64,000 bases of DNA. Origin: a virus. The translations under genes and the position numbers were made by a program. Every line of letters starts with the position of its first letter. Within the stretch, counting starts at the first letter, position 1. Below, piece by piece: positions 26,449-36,143 of the stretch. The DNA lies in the IMG/VR virus record IMGVR_UViG_3300022934_000003. One strand, 5' to 3'. Below the pieces are notes generated by a model. The model searched no databases. It worked only from the letters and a program-made list of their open reading frames with translations, and was not told the DNA's origin.

Positions 26449-29081
26449 TATGAATAACCTGTTGCTGATCCAATAACTTTCCAGGCTCCACCAGAAGATC
26501 TAATCAAAGTAAAACTTACAATATCAGTTCCACTTGTAGTTCCTGAAGGAGTAGATCCATTTTGCCATAGAATAGTTTGCGCCGAGCCATCAATTTGAAC
26601 TGCGGTTGGCATATAAGCAGTAGCACCTTGAGTTAAAATTAAAACAACATTTATAGTTCTACTATTTGTAGTTGGAACGTTTGTAAAGTTAGCAGTAAAG
26701 TTCGCAGCTAAACTTGTATGATCGAATATTAAACCATTATTAATATTATGAGTAACAGTACCAGTAGCTCCAGTTAAAGCTGATGTTACTTCCGTTATTT
26801 CTGCAATTGTTGTTAAACCATCAATATTTAGAGTATTTGCAGAAACAGAACCAGTAATGGTAATATTACCAGTACCTATAATATCATTAGAGTTTAAGTC
26901 TAAGTTACCACCAAGATCTGGACTAGTATCATCAATTAGATCATTCATATCTCCAGTTCCAACAGCACCCTGAAGACCTATTATACCTTGGAAACCTTGT
27001 ACACCTTGACTAGATCCTGCCTGTCCTTGTAAACCTTGTATTGATTGTACACCTTGGTTACCTTGAACACCTTGTGGTCCAAGTCCACCAGATGGGCCTG
27101 TGCCACCTTGTATACCTTGTATTGATTGAAGACCTTGAATACCTTGGATGCCCTGAATACCTTGAATACCTTGGAAATTACGAGGTCCTTGAACACCTTG
27201 ATTACCTAATAAGCCCTGAAGACCAATTGTGCCTTGCGCGCCTTGAACACCTTGAATACCTTGTGCTCCATCAGCACCATCAGATGGACCTTGTAAACCT
27301 TGAATACCTTGACTAGATCCTGCTTGTCCTTGTAAACCTAATGTACCTTGTACACCTTGATTACCTAATAAACCTTGAAGACCGGTTGTACCTTGTGCAC
27401 CTGTTCCAATTAAACCTTGAAGACCAGTTGTGCCTTGAACTCCTTGGACGCCTTGAGTACCTTGTGGACCATCTGCAGGTCCTTGAATACCGATTATACC
27501 TTGCGGTCCGGTTTCTCCTTGTAAGCCTTGAAATCCTTGTGCACCATCTGTACCATCAGAACCGGCTGTACCAGTAGTACCTTGTGGACCATCTGCAGGA
27601 CCTTGTGGACCAGGATTACCTTGAATACCTTGAACACCATCAGATGGACCTTGAATACCAATTAAACCACGAGTACCTTGAATACCTTGCGCAGCTTGAT
27701 TACCTTGAACACCTTGATATCCTGGAGTTCCTTCAGTACCTTGAACACCTTGAAAACCTTGCGGGCCATTACCTTGAACACCTTGTAAACCTTGGATACC
27801 TTGCGGGCCATCTGTGCCTTGTGCGCCTGTTCCACCAGTAAATCCTTGAATACCAAGACCTTGAAGACCTTGGATACCTTGAATCTCGTCTCCTTGATCT
27901 CCTTTTACACCTTGATTACCTTGAAGGCCTTGAGTACCTTGTGGACCATAATTACCTTGAATACTAAGACCTTGTAAGCCTTGAATACCAGTTGTACCTT
28001 GAGCACCTTGTGGGCCATCAAAACCTTTAATTCCTTGTATGCTTGTACCTTGAATACCTTGAACACCAACACCGGATGGGCCAATATTACCTTGAATACC
28101 TTGTGCCTCTGGGCCTTGAATACCTTGAATACCTTGTGGGCCATCAGGACCATTTGGACCTATATTACCTTGTACACCCTGTCCAGTAAATCCTTGAACA
28201 CCCTGTGGTCCGGTTCCGCCTGGACCTATATTACCTTGTACACCTTGATGACCTTGAGCACCAAAACCAGCAGGTCCTAAATCACCTTGAATACCTTGAA
28301 TACCTTGTGCTTCAGTACCTTGAATACCTTGAGGACCTGGAGCTCCAAATCCTGGACCACCTTGAATACCCTGTGTACCTTGACCACCAGTTCCATCAGT
28401 ACCTTGTGTACCTTGAATACTGTCACCAGCAGGACCTTCAGGACCTTCACCACCTTGTAAACCTTGTGGTCCTTGAATACCTTGAGAGCCACCACCAACA
28501 CCGCCTGATCCGGCAGGACCTTGAATACCTTGTAAACCAGAACCACCGTCAGTACCTTGTGCACCTTGTGAGCCAGTTCCATCAAAACCTTGAACACCTT
28601 GTGGTCCGGTTCCACCAGCTCCTGTTAATCCTTGTGTACCTTGATTACCTATAAGACCTTGAATACCTGGATCTCCTCCAGAACCTTCTACACCTTGAGG
28701 TCCTTGTACACCTTGAGTGCCACCACCAACACCGCCACCAGCTGGTCCTTGTACACCCTGAATACCGTTAGAGCCATTTAATCCTGCTGCTCCATCGGTA
28801 CCTTGTAAACCTATAATACCTTGAACACCTTGTGCTCCTGCTGCTCCTCCGCCAGAACCAACTCCTGACCAAGAACCGTTAATATAACCTTCGAAGCTTG
28901 ATGTTGAAGTGTTATATCTTAAATAACCGACTTGAGGAGAACTATCTCTTTCTCCTGTTGTACCTGCTGGAATTTGAATAGAACCATTAGCACTTGTGCG
29001 TGGAGCGATAGCATCAAAGTTATCGTCCATCTCCGTATAAGTTAGCGCTGATCCTTTATCACTTCTTTTAGTAATTGCCAT
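26448..29081 (-). CDS. collagen-like fibre protein
   Basis: About 600 residues of Gly-X-Y (GIQ/GPQ/GTQ) between a phage fibre-type N-terminus (RSDKGSALTY.EMD.NF; GYLRYNT..FEGY) and a C-terminal beta domain. Confidence 0.88.
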   Translation of the reverse strand: MAITKRSDKGSALTYTEMDDNFDAIAPRTSANGSIQIPAGTTGERDSSPQVGYLRYNTSTSSFEGYINGSWSGVGSGGGAAGAQGVQGIIGLQGTDGAAGLNGSNGIQGVQGPAGGGVGGGTQGVQGPQGVEGSGGDPGIQGLIGNQGTQGLTGAGGTGPQGVQGFDGTGSQGAQGTDGGSGLQGIQGPAGSGGVGGGSQGIQGPQGLQGGEGPEGPAGDSIQGTQGTDGTGGQGTQGIQGGPGFGAPGPQGIQGTEAQGIQGIQGDLGPAGFGAQGHQGVQGNIGPGGTGPQGVQGFTGQGVQGNIGPNGPDGPQGIQGIQGPEAQGIQGNIGPSGVGVQGIQGTSIQGIKGFDGPQGAQGTTGIQGLQGLSIQGNYGPQGTQGLQGNQGVKGDQGDEIQGIQGLQGLGIQGFTGGTGAQGTDGPQGIQGLQGVQGNGPQGFQGVQGTEGTPGYQGVQGNQAAQGIQGTRGLIGIQGPSDGVQGIQGNPGPQGPADGPQGTTGTAGSDGTDGAQGFQGLQGETGPQGIIGIQGPADGPQGTQGVQGVQGTTGLQGLIGTGAQGTTGLQGLLGNQGVQGTLGLQGQAGSSQGIQGLQGPSDGADGAQGIQGVQGAQGTIGLQGLLGNQGVQGPRNFQGIQGIQGIQGIQGLQSIQGIQGGTGPSGGLGPQGVQGNQGVQSIQGLQGQAGSSQGVQGFQGIIGLQGAVGTGDMNDLIDDTSPDLGGNLDLNSNDIIGTGNITITGSVSANTLNIDGLTTIAEITEVTSALTGATGTVTHNINNGLIFDHTSLAANFTANFTNVPTTNSRTINVVLILTQGATAYMPTAVQIDGSAQTILWQNGSTPSGTTSGTDIVSFTLIRSSGGAWKVIGSATGYS
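26960..28840 (-). repeat. Gly-X-Gln collagen repeat region
   Basis: 9-bp periodic ACCTTG pattern on the + strand. Confidence 0.9.
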
Positions 29082-29452
29082 TAAGTTCTATCCCCGTTAT
29101 CATTAAAGTATGTTCCAACATATGATATAAAATTATCTCCACTTACTTGCGTTGCAACATATCCATCTGTCATATAGCCAGATAATACATAAAGTGAAGT
29201 ATTACTTGATATATTATTTATATAACCATCAGCTACATATCCAGCAAGAACATATAAAGGATCTCCTGTTCCTTCTTCATATCCGGGATTATCTTCTACA
29301 TAATCGAATTCGCAATATTCAAAAAGTTCTTTTTCTTCTCTAGTGAGTTCTTGTTCGAAAACATAACAAAGTTCAATTAATTGCTGTTTTATTACTGGAT
29401 CTGTTTCGGCAGCAATTTGCGCAAGTAAAGAAGCATAATTCGGATTAGCCAT
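29081..29452 (-). CDS. hypothetical virion-associated protein
   Basis: YV..GY repeats; lies between PAAR and the fibre gene. Confidence 0.55.
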   Translation of the reverse strand: MANPNYASLLAQIAAETDPVIKQQLIELCYVFEQELTREEKELFEYCEFDYVEDNPGYEEGTGDPLYVLAGYVADGYINNISSNTSLYVLSGYMTDGYVATQVSGDNFISYVGTYFNDNGDRT

Positions 29453-29453
29453 A

Positions 29454-29750
29454 TTATCCTGCTCTTACGTATAATGAACCTGTTGCAGCTGCATTTGGAA
29501 CCCACGATCCGTGACCACCAGTTAAATCACCTACTCTATGAACTGGTATATTTTGGACTGTAACTTTAGCAGATCCTGTAATTGCTGGATCTCCACAAGC
29601 TGTTGAACCACCCACAACAACAGCCCAAGCTCTTTCAACTGTTACTTTACCTTGATTTGGATTTAAATAAATTGTTGCATGAAATGGATTTGGTGTAGGA
29701 CTAGCATGTCCTATATGTCTATCTCTTCCTACTCTTACTAAACTTTGCAT
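29454..29750 (-). CDS. PAAR spike-tip protein (gp5.4-like)
   Basis: RVG.D.H.GH, CGD...GS.KV, HRVGD...H. Confidence 0.85.
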   Translation of the reverse strand: MQSLVRVGRDRHIGHASPTPNPFHATIYLNPNQGKVTVERAWAVVVGGSTACGDPAITGSAKVTVQNIPVHRVGDLTGGHGSWVPNAAATGSLYVRAG

Positions 29751-29761
29751 ATGTAATTAAA

Positions 29762-29787
29762 TAAGAATGCCCCGAAGGGCACTCTTA
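29762..29787 (-). terminator. cUUCGg hairpin/terminator after phoH
   Basis: TAAGAGTGCCC-TTCG-GGGCATTCTTA on the - strand; T4-type stable tetraloop. Confidence 0.75.
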
Positions 29788-29799
29788 AGTTCTCCTTTA

Positions 29800-30549
29800 T
29801 TAAGCTACTTCTAATAATCGCTCTTTTGCAATTATATATTCTTTTACTAAACCCGACCTTACAATATCTGGAATACCAAAATGATGTATTGCAAAAGATT
29901 TTACCTTTCTTAATACACTCATAAAATCGTAAAGACCAGAAACATCTGCTTTATTTTTAGATGTTTTAAGATCGTCTTGCCTTGTATCACCACAGAAAAT
30001 AATCTTAGATGATTCACCTACACGTGTAATGATAGTGTCTAATTCGTGATAGGTCATTGATTGACATTCGTCTACAATGATAATAGCATTATCAAAAGTC
30101 AAGCCTCGTACAAATGAGGAAGTCATAAATTGTATCATACCTTTTTGTTTTAAGATCTGATATGCATCTCCCCTCCCAAAGAGATCATTAACGATATCAG
30201 TATATGGTGTTTCAAAAACTGCTTGTTTTTGTGTGAGTGAGCCGGGCATGAAACCCTGTTCGCGCGTCTGAACCGCAGATCTTATTACGATGACTCTGTT
30301 ATATCCTCCTTTTTGCATTACATCGTTGAGTGCTAAATACATTGCACTCATTGTTTTACCTGTGCCTGCTGTTCCAATGGCTGCGATATTATTACCTTGA
30401 TTATATGAATCGAACATACTAGATTGAGTTGGCGTTAATGGTTGAATATGTCTCATTCCAAACTTAGTATTTAGAATGCCTACCATATGCTCCATATCTC
30501 TATCTTGTCTGCGCTTTTCAGATCTTGATAATCGTCGCTGTTTTCCCAT
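29800..30549 (-). CDS. phoH: PhoH-family ATPase
   Basis: GTAGTGKT, RSAV, GFMPG, RGLTFDN, DECQ, GD..Q.D, DIVRSG. Confidence 0.93.
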   Translation of the reverse strand: MGKQRRLSRSEKRRQDRDMEHMVGILNTKFGMRHIQPLTPTQSSMFDSYNQGNNIAAIGTAGTGKTMSAMYLALNDVMQKGGYNRVIVIRSAVQTREQGFMPGSLTQKQAVFETPYTDIVNDLFGRGDAYQILKQKGMIQFMTSSFVRGLTFDNAIIIVDECQSMTYHELDTIITRVGESSKIIFCGDTRQDDLKTSKNKADVSGLYDFMSVLRKVKSFAIHHFGIPDIVRSGLVKEYIIAKERLLEVA

Positions 30550-30577
30550 GAAACCTCCTTTGTGTCAGATAACCTCC

Positions 30578-30814
30578 CTACCAAGTATTGATGTTATCTT
30601 TTTTATGGTGATGTTTAACATTTTTTAATACATCACGAAAACCGTCATCAGGTTTCACCAGACCGAGACGGGCAGGATCACCAATTGATGGTGCTCCAAC
30701 AATTACTTGTCTTAAATTTGGATTATTTTTTTTGAACTCGTCGAGCTCTGAGATTCGCATAGATTCTTCGAAACGTTCTTTTGTTTCGATATTTTCAAAT
30801 GTATAAGTTGGCAA
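30578..30814 (-). CDS. FmdB-like small regulatory protein (TTG start)
   Basis: MPTYTF..E..E N-terminus; SD GGAGG. Confidence 0.6.
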   Translation of the reverse strand: MPTYTFENIETKERFEESMRISELDEFKKNNPNLRQVIVGAPSIGDPARLGLVKPDDGFRDVLKNVKHHHKKDNINTW

Positions 30815-30830
30815 ATTTAGCCTCCTGCAT

Positions 30831-30855
30831 AAAAAAAGGTACCATATAGGTACCT
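30831..30855 (-). terminator. intrinsic terminator-like hairpin
   Basis: AGGTACC-TATAT-GGTACCT followed by a T tract. Confidence 0.65.
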
Positions 30856-30883
30856 AGTTAAGTTAACCTATATTTAAGTTTAT

Positions 30884-31480
30884 TTATACTCCGACGATCG
30901 TCTCATAGACCTGTTTCCAATTTTTTACAGTTGGAGCTAATCCATCATAAGATTTGTTATGATCGTGTTGGAATAGAATACTTTCTAATCCTAGTTTTAA
31001 ACCTAAATCAGCATTTTCTGGTTTATCTTCTACCCAATAACAACCAGTATCTTTGTATTGAGCCAGCGCTTCATCTTTATCAGCACCAGTATCTAAATAA
31101 ACATAACTTTCAAAAACAGTACTTCCAAACATTTCACGTAAGTTTTTAGTACGTAAGTGTTGTGAATACTGATCATCACTTAAAGAACTAATTACACGAA
31201 ATACATAACCATGTTCTTCATGAAGTTTCTTAACATATTTAATAGCATCACGTAAAGGTGGAATTTTACGAATAGTTGCAGATTCATTAAAGATACGAAC
31301 GATCCTTTCTTTATCAACCTTATTTAATCCGTATTTTTTACCTACGTTATATTCATTTTCTTTTCCAGGTACTACTTCATACCCGTGCTTATTCATCCAA
31401 GCATTAAAAGAGTACTCCCAATCAAGGAGTACTCCATCTACGTCTGTCAGAATTACTTTATTTGACAAACCTTTAACCAT
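30884..31480 (-). CDS. HAD 5'(3')-nucleotidase-like protein
   Basis: ILTDVDGVLLDW, WVEDKPEN. Confidence 0.8.
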   Translation of the reverse strand: MVKGLSNKVILTDVDGVLLDWEYSFNAWMNKHGYEVVPGKENEYNVGKKYGLNKVDKERIVRIFNESATIRKIPPLRDAIKYVKKLHEEHGYVFRVISSLSDDQYSQHLRTKNLREMFGSTVFESYVYLDTGADKDEALAQYKDTGCYWVEDKPENADLGLKLGLESILFQHDHNKSYDGLAPTVKNWKQVYETIVGV

Positions 31481-31845
31481 TAAGCATTACCTCCAAAACG
31501 AGAGCGAGCTGAATCTTCAGTACACTTATAACGCTTACCATCTACGCCATCAACATAAACGAATGGATATTTTGGACTACGTGTTTTATAATCAACTAAC
31601 TTATCACCACGAGCATTTTCAAGAGCAAAACCTCTTGATTTAGCAATTGATTCTACAAGAGCATTACCACGTGTTTTAGCACCAATCACAGTACCTTTTA
31701 CTTTAATATCAACTTCCGCTGAATCAAAACGCATATTCCCTACGTTTAATTTAATTCCTTTACTTTCGAACTTTTTAAATACTTTATTAAGTTCTTCACG
31801 CAATTCAACTAGAGCAACTTTATTAAATGCATTCACTTTTTTCAT
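31480..31845 (-). CDS. hypothetical early protein
   Basis: SD AGGAG; SPKYPF motif. Confidence 0.55.
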   Translation of the reverse strand: MKKVNAFNKVALVELREELNKVFKKFESKGIKLNVGNMRFDSAEVDIKVKGTVIGAKTRGNALVESIAKSRGFALENARGDKLVDYKTRSPKYPFVYVDGVDGKRYKCTEDSARSRFGGNA

Positions 31846-31872
31846 ACTATATTCTCCTTGTTAATAGTAAAA

Positions 31873-32142
31873 TTAAACAGCTTTGCGAGCTAAGATAGCC
31901 GCAACATCAAACACTGAAAAATAAATTGGCTTAGGTTTAGCAACGCCATTTTCATCTTCAACAGTTTCTTTTTTAGAAAAACGAACCAAAGTAGCAATAG
32001 CTTTTAGACCTTTCATAGTTTTACCAGAAACACCTGGAATAGAAAGAGCTTGTCTAAAAGTAACTACTGAATCAACACCTGTAGCAGAAAGAATGGCAGC
32101 ATTGTGACCCGTATATTCATAACCAGTTACATAATTTTTCAT
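31873..32142 (-). CDS. hypothetical early protein (weak ArdC-like N..TG.EY.G.N start)
   Basis: First gene after a strong early promoter; SD AGGAG. Confidence 0.5.
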   Translation of the reverse strand: MKNYVTGYEYTGHNAAILSATGVDSVVTFRQALSIPGVSGKTMKGLKAIATLVRFSKKETVEDENGVAKPKPIYFSVFDVAAILARKAV

Positions 32143-32176
32143 TTTTTCTCCTTGCTTTATTATTTAATATAGTTAT

Positions 32177-32256
32177 ATTATACACTAGTTTCAAGAAGAT
32201 GTCAACCTTTTTGTGAAAAAAATGCGCAGAAAAAATCCATAAAAATCAATGGCTTA
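32177..32256 (-). promoter_or_regulatory. early promoter (32177-32205) with upstream IHF-consensus site (32244-32256)
   Basis: Core identical to 19801-19831; AATCAATGGCTTA fits WATCAANNNNTTR. Confidence 0.75.
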
Positions 32257-32288
32257 GAAAAAATGTGAATTTTTTTTCAAAAAAGTGA

Positions 32289-32471
32289 TTATTTTTTGCG
32301 TTTTTGGGGAGGAAATTCGTCATTCCAGCGCTCTGAAAACTTTTTTCGTTGGTTTTTTCTGCGCTTTTCAATTCGTTTTTCTTTGTTGCGATGGGACTTA
32401 TCAAACTCTCTTTTATCGCCCCACTCATCCTGATCATAACTATCGCGGAAATTTTTAAAGCCTTTGGCCAT
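32289..32471 (-). CDS. small basic hypothetical
   Basis: ATG with SD; Lys/Arg-rich. Confidence 0.5.
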   Translation of the reverse strand: MAKGFKNFRDSYDQDEWGDKREFDKSHRNKEKRIEKRRKNQRKKFSERWNDEFPPQKRKK

Positions 32472-32480
32472 GTTTATTAC

Positions 32481-32909
32481 CTATGCTGCAATTAATTCTG
32501 GAAATGCCTCTTCAATTACCTTTTTAGATAATCCTTTAAGAGGTTTTTGTGCTATCATTTTACATAATAATTCTGCATCATCATTATCTACATCTTCTAA
32601 TAAACTAATAAACAACTGCTCACGTTTTACTTGATCTAAATTGTCATAACCACCACCTTTCACAAAAATCTTTAATCGACGAGCTTCGCCATATAGCATT
32701 GATTTTGCTTCATCTTCATATTGATTTTTCTTCCACGGGGGAGGAGTATCTGGGATTAAAAAATTAATTGTTTTAGTATCATAAGTAAATTTAAGTACCA
32801 TTCGTAAAGCAGGATTATCCCATTTATGTAATACTGCTATTTTTTCTTTTGTTGTTTTTGCTTCACTTGCCCATTGGACAATCTCTGCAATTGATGCTCT
32901 TACTGCCAT
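32481..32909 (-). CDS. conserved T4-like hypothetical downstream of RNase H
   Basis: KREQLFISLLE..D..DAELL; YG.L..AFP-type C-terminus. Confidence 0.65.
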   Translation of the reverse strand: MAVRASIAEIVQWASEAKTTKEKIAVLHKWDNPALRMVLKFTYDTKTINFLIPDTPPPWKKNQYEDEAKSMLYGEARRLKIFVKGGGYDNLDQVKREQLFISLLEDVDNDDAELLCKMIAQKPLKGLSKKVIEEAFPELIAA

Positions 32910-32910
32910 A

Positions 32911-33771
32911 TTAAAAATCCTGTAAATCGGTTACTAAATGTTTAAGTTTCTTTTTAATAAAGAAATTAAATAAATGTTCCCTACCAATTCCTTTATCTTT
33001 ATTATATTCTTGTTTAATTATATTTGTATATTTATCTGGTATTTCTTTTAGATCAATCATCATTTTATTACGATGATAACGACGAAGAGTTTCTTCATCC
33101 ATATTACTTGGTCCTTCATTTAGAGCAAGTAATCGCTTTTGTGTCATAGGCTTTTGGCGTTCACCAATAGCAAGACAGTTATCAGGAGAAAGAACATTAG
33201 GAACACCGTCACCTGTATCACCTTTTAAAATATGTTCTTTTAGATATTGATCTGGATTATCATTACGAATCCAACGTTTACGAATTGGATCATATTGATC
33301 TACATTAGCATAACTTTGTAATTGGATATAATCCTTATCACCAGAAAGTATTAAGAATTTTTCAGCACCAATATTAAGATCAGTGCCTTCTTGATGGATA
33401 ATTGTACCAATAATATCGTCGGCTTCACAATGATCTATATGAATAACTTTATAAGGAAAGAACTCTTTAAGCTCATCTCTAATTGTATTCATTACATCAA
33501 ATAATGCAGACCAATCCATTTCGGATTCATCTCTATTTTTACGACGATTTGCTTTATAATATGGATATACTTCTTTACGCCAAGAATCTTTGCCGTCAGC
33601 ACAAATGATAATCTCGCCATATTCTTCATGAAACTTTTTACGATTAAAACGTAAAGAATTTAGAAACATATGACGAATAATATTTTCATCAGGAGCGATA
33701 TCATAATGATTTCCAATGCTTGCAAATAGCGAAGCAAGGATTACCTGATTATAATCTACTAGTATTGCCAT
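32911..33771 (-). CDS. rnh: T4-type RNase H / 5'-3' exonuclease
   Basis: ILVDYNQ, WRK..YPYYKANR, EADDII, SGDKDYIQL, GDTGDGVPN. Confidence 0.93.
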   Translation of the reverse strand: MAILVDYNQVILASLFASIGNHYDIAPDENIIRHMFLNSLRFNRKKFHEEYGEIIICADGKDSWRKEVYPYYKANRRKNRDESEMDWSALFDVMNTIRDELKEFFPYKVIHIDHCEADDIIGTIIHQEGTDLNIGAEKFLILSGDKDYIQLQSYANVDQYDPIRKRWIRNDNPDQYLKEHILKGDTGDGVPNVLSPDNCLAIGERQKPMTQKRLLALNEGPSNMDEETLRRYHRNKMMIDLKEIPDKYTNIIKQEYNKDKGIGREHLFNFFIKKKLKHLVTDLQDF

Positions 33772-33803
33772 GATATATTCTCAATATTTTATTTTATAAT
33801 ACT

Positions 33804-33832
33804 ATTATATAATAGATTTAAGAAGATGTCAA
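33804..33832 (-). promoter_or_regulatory. early sigma70-type promoter for rnh
   Basis: TTGACA-17-TATAAT. Confidence 0.8.
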
Positions 33833-34795
33833 CCCTTTTTTATCAACTAACACTCTCAAAGTTTTATTCCATAAAGTTGTAAATGAACCAATATCATTAT
33901 TAACTAGACCAAATCTATCAGAAGTAGTAAAGCGATTAATGAAATTATTATCTTTTTTCTGCTCTTCTAAAATACCTTTAGCAATTGCATATGCAATATT
34001 AGCATGTTCTTGATTATCTTCTGTATGATCATACATGATAGTTGCATTACCGGCAGTTTCTGGTAATCCACCATAATTAGGATGAATACAAATTAATCCA
34101 CTACGAATTGCTTCAATTAATGCAATACAAGATGTTTCTTTCCAAATATTAGGATATAAGAAAATATGTGCATCATCTAATGCTTTTAATATTGTTTCAT
34201 TATTTTCAAATCCATGATAAGTCATATTTGGATGTTCTTCAATCTTTTTAAATAACTCTTGATATGGTACATCTCTATTTTCCCAACCATAAATTCCAAA
34301 AGAAGAATAAACATCTAGATGGATATTATCATATTCTTTTGTTAATGCATCAAAAACTGGAACTAACAATTCTAAACCACGATGTGGTGTCGTATGATAA
34401 ATGAAACGAATAGTATCAAATTTTCTATCATCAATTTTTGCTGAATACCTTTTTTCAATTGCATTAGGAATTACAGAACACTTGGAATATGGAATACCAA
34501 ATCTTAGAATATATTGATCTCTTTGCCATGCTGTTACAAAAACAAAATGATCGAATTTATTCCAACCACCATTAATCAAAACTTTATTCTCTGGATCTTC
34601 TGCTAAATCATGTGCGTATAATATATTAATAACATCTTCAGGAATTTCTCTTGGTCTAGAAAAATGGATTGCAAATGGTTTAAGTAATTCTTTGTCAACA
34701 CTATTAATTAGACGCTTACGCATCATCTCAGTGCCACCATTAGAATTTTTTGATAGTTCGGTTTCTACAACCTCACCTTTAAGAATACAACTCAT
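33818..34795 (-). CDS. GT-B (GT4-like) glycosyltransferase
   Basis: GGTE, YHTTPHRGL, YP..W.ETSCIALIEA...G.LPET. Confidence 0.85.
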   Translation of the reverse strand: MSCILKGEVVETELSKNSNGGTEMMRKRLINSVDKELLKPFAIHFSRPREIPEDVINILYAHDLAEDPENKVLINGGWNKFDHFVFVTAWQRDQYILRFGIPYSKCSVIPNAIEKRYSAKIDDRKFDTIRFIYHTTPHRGLELLVPVFDALTKEYDNIHLDVYSSFGIYGWENRDVPYQELFKKIEEHPNMTYHGFENNETILKALDDAHIFLYPNIWKETSCIALIEAIRSGLICIHPNYGGLPETAGNATIMYDHTEDNQEHANIAYAIAKGILEEQKKDNNFINRFTTSDRFGLVNNDIGSFTTLWNKTLRVLVDKKGLTSS

Positions 34796-34797
34796 AA

Positions 34798-35064
34798 TTA
34801 CTCCGAAATACTAAAAATAGAATCCCATCTAAAAGCTCTCCAACCATTATTATCTACATCCCACACTGATAGAGCTGTGTTTGGTTTTTCTTTTTCTACT
34901 GATTCTGCACCTTGCATAGTTTCAGCATTTTCTGGTAAAACGCTTTCTTGTAAAGTACAAGTCATTACACGTCTTTCACCATTAACTTTTTGGAAATCAA
35001 TTTCTACATTGCCAGATCTAAGTCTTGCAATTACATCATCACGATCAATATTTTCTAAAAACAT
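34798..35064 (-). CDS. SH3-fold (WYL_2-like) phage protein
   Basis: F.KVNGE.R.MTCTL, VWD....GWRAFR. Confidence 0.75.
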   Translation of the reverse strand: MFLENIDRDDVIARLRSGNVEIDFQKVNGERRVMTCTLQESVLPENAETMQGAESVEKEKPNTALSVWDVDNNGWRAFRWDSIFSISE

Positions 35065-35067
35065 TGT

Positions 35068-35682
35068 TTATTTCTCCTTATTAAGAATAATATCTATGGT
35101 CTCATAGAAGTTTTCAATTGTAGAATTGTTATGCACTCTATACATTCTTACATCAAACTTTTCTGGTAATACATGCTCTTCATTAATATCAGTTCTTTTA
35201 TTAAGAACATATTCAGTTACCATATGATTACCTTGGAAGTAGCGTCTTGAATCTGTTGAAAAGTCGCACCCTTCACGAGTAAGTTGTACAAGTACAAAAT
35301 TTTCTGCACCACATTTCTCTAAAACTGGTACTAACTCTTCGATGAAACCACCATCAGAAATAACATAGTCTTTTTCTGGGTCGATTTCTTCTGCAACCAG
35401 TTTACCAAAATAATCTAATCCTTTTTCTGGTTTGATTAGATTTTCAGATACGTGTATCATCGCTTCACGGCGAGATAGATTATCCAATTTCGATGATTTA
35501 AATTCTTTTTTCTCACGGTTATTATAACCTTCCATAAACCATTCTTGGTCTACTCCATAATGATTAATTGTTTCATTAAAAAGTTGATATTTGAATGAAA
35601 GATGTTTAAATCCGTGCTCTTTAAAATAATCTGCAGCAACATCCTTTCCTGATCCTGGTGGACCATTAAATAAAATTATCAT
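35068..35682 (-). CDS. deoxynucleoside monophosphate kinase (gp1-like)
   Basis: NGPPGSGKD, VISDGGF.EE. Confidence 0.75.
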   Translation of the reverse strand: MIILFNGPPGSGKDVAADYFKEHGFKHLSFKYQLFNETINHYGVDQEWFMEGYNNREKKEFKSSKLDNLSRREAMIHVSENLIKPEKGLDYFGKLVAEEIDPEKDYVISDGGFIEELVPVLEKCGAENFVLVQLTREGCDFSTDSRRYFQGNHMVTEYVLNKRTDINEEHVLPEKFDVRMYRVHNNSTIENFYETIDIILNKEK

Positions 35683-36104
35683 GCTTTTGCTCCGTTTTTT
35701 AAGCTTTGTACGTGTGATCTATGAATCTTAACTTGGATAATTCCATTATAATAATCATCATTTAATAACACTTCACGTTCCATTTGTTCTTTTAATTCTA
35801 AGTAAGACATTTCACCTTTTGATTTACATAGATGTAATATTTCTCTTTGAAAATTATTAGTTCCTAATTCCTCAACTAAACTTTTTACTTCATCAGAAGA
35901 TCCATAATATGTTTGCCAATCTGACTCTACTATCTTAGTTCTTCTGCGCTTTTTTCCTTTAAGAGGTTTAAGTTTTCTTTTAGATATTAAAGTCTTTTTA
36001 CCAACATACTTTTTATTATTTGAAAGATCAGTAATTACATAAACAAATCCGACATAATCACCAATCATTTCAGAGGTAAATTCCTCACCATTATATAACC
36101 ACAT
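35679..36104 (-). CDS. GIY-YIG-like nuclease
   Basis: GFVYVIT...KKYVGKK, YYGSS, YYNG. Confidence 0.75.
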   Translation of the reverse strand: MWLYNGEEFTSEMIGDYVGFVYVITDLSNNKKYVGKKTLISKRKLKPLKGKKRRRTKIVESDWQTYYGSSDEVKSLVEELGTNNFQREILHLCKSKGEMSYLELKEQMEREVLLNDDYYNGIIQVKIHRSHVQSLKNGAKA

Positions 36105-36143
36105 AATAAGTCCATAATTATTCCTGTATGAACTATTTATAAA

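Noticed and set aside
26981-28654. Many alternative-frame ORFs (VFKVFK, LEYLEY types)
   Set aside because: Shadows of the 9-bp collagen periodicity; no SD or independent motifs
35679-36104. Mobile homing endonuclease or intron
   Set aside because: Short stand-alone GIY-YIG-like domain without a DNA-binding extension; it does not interrupt a gene
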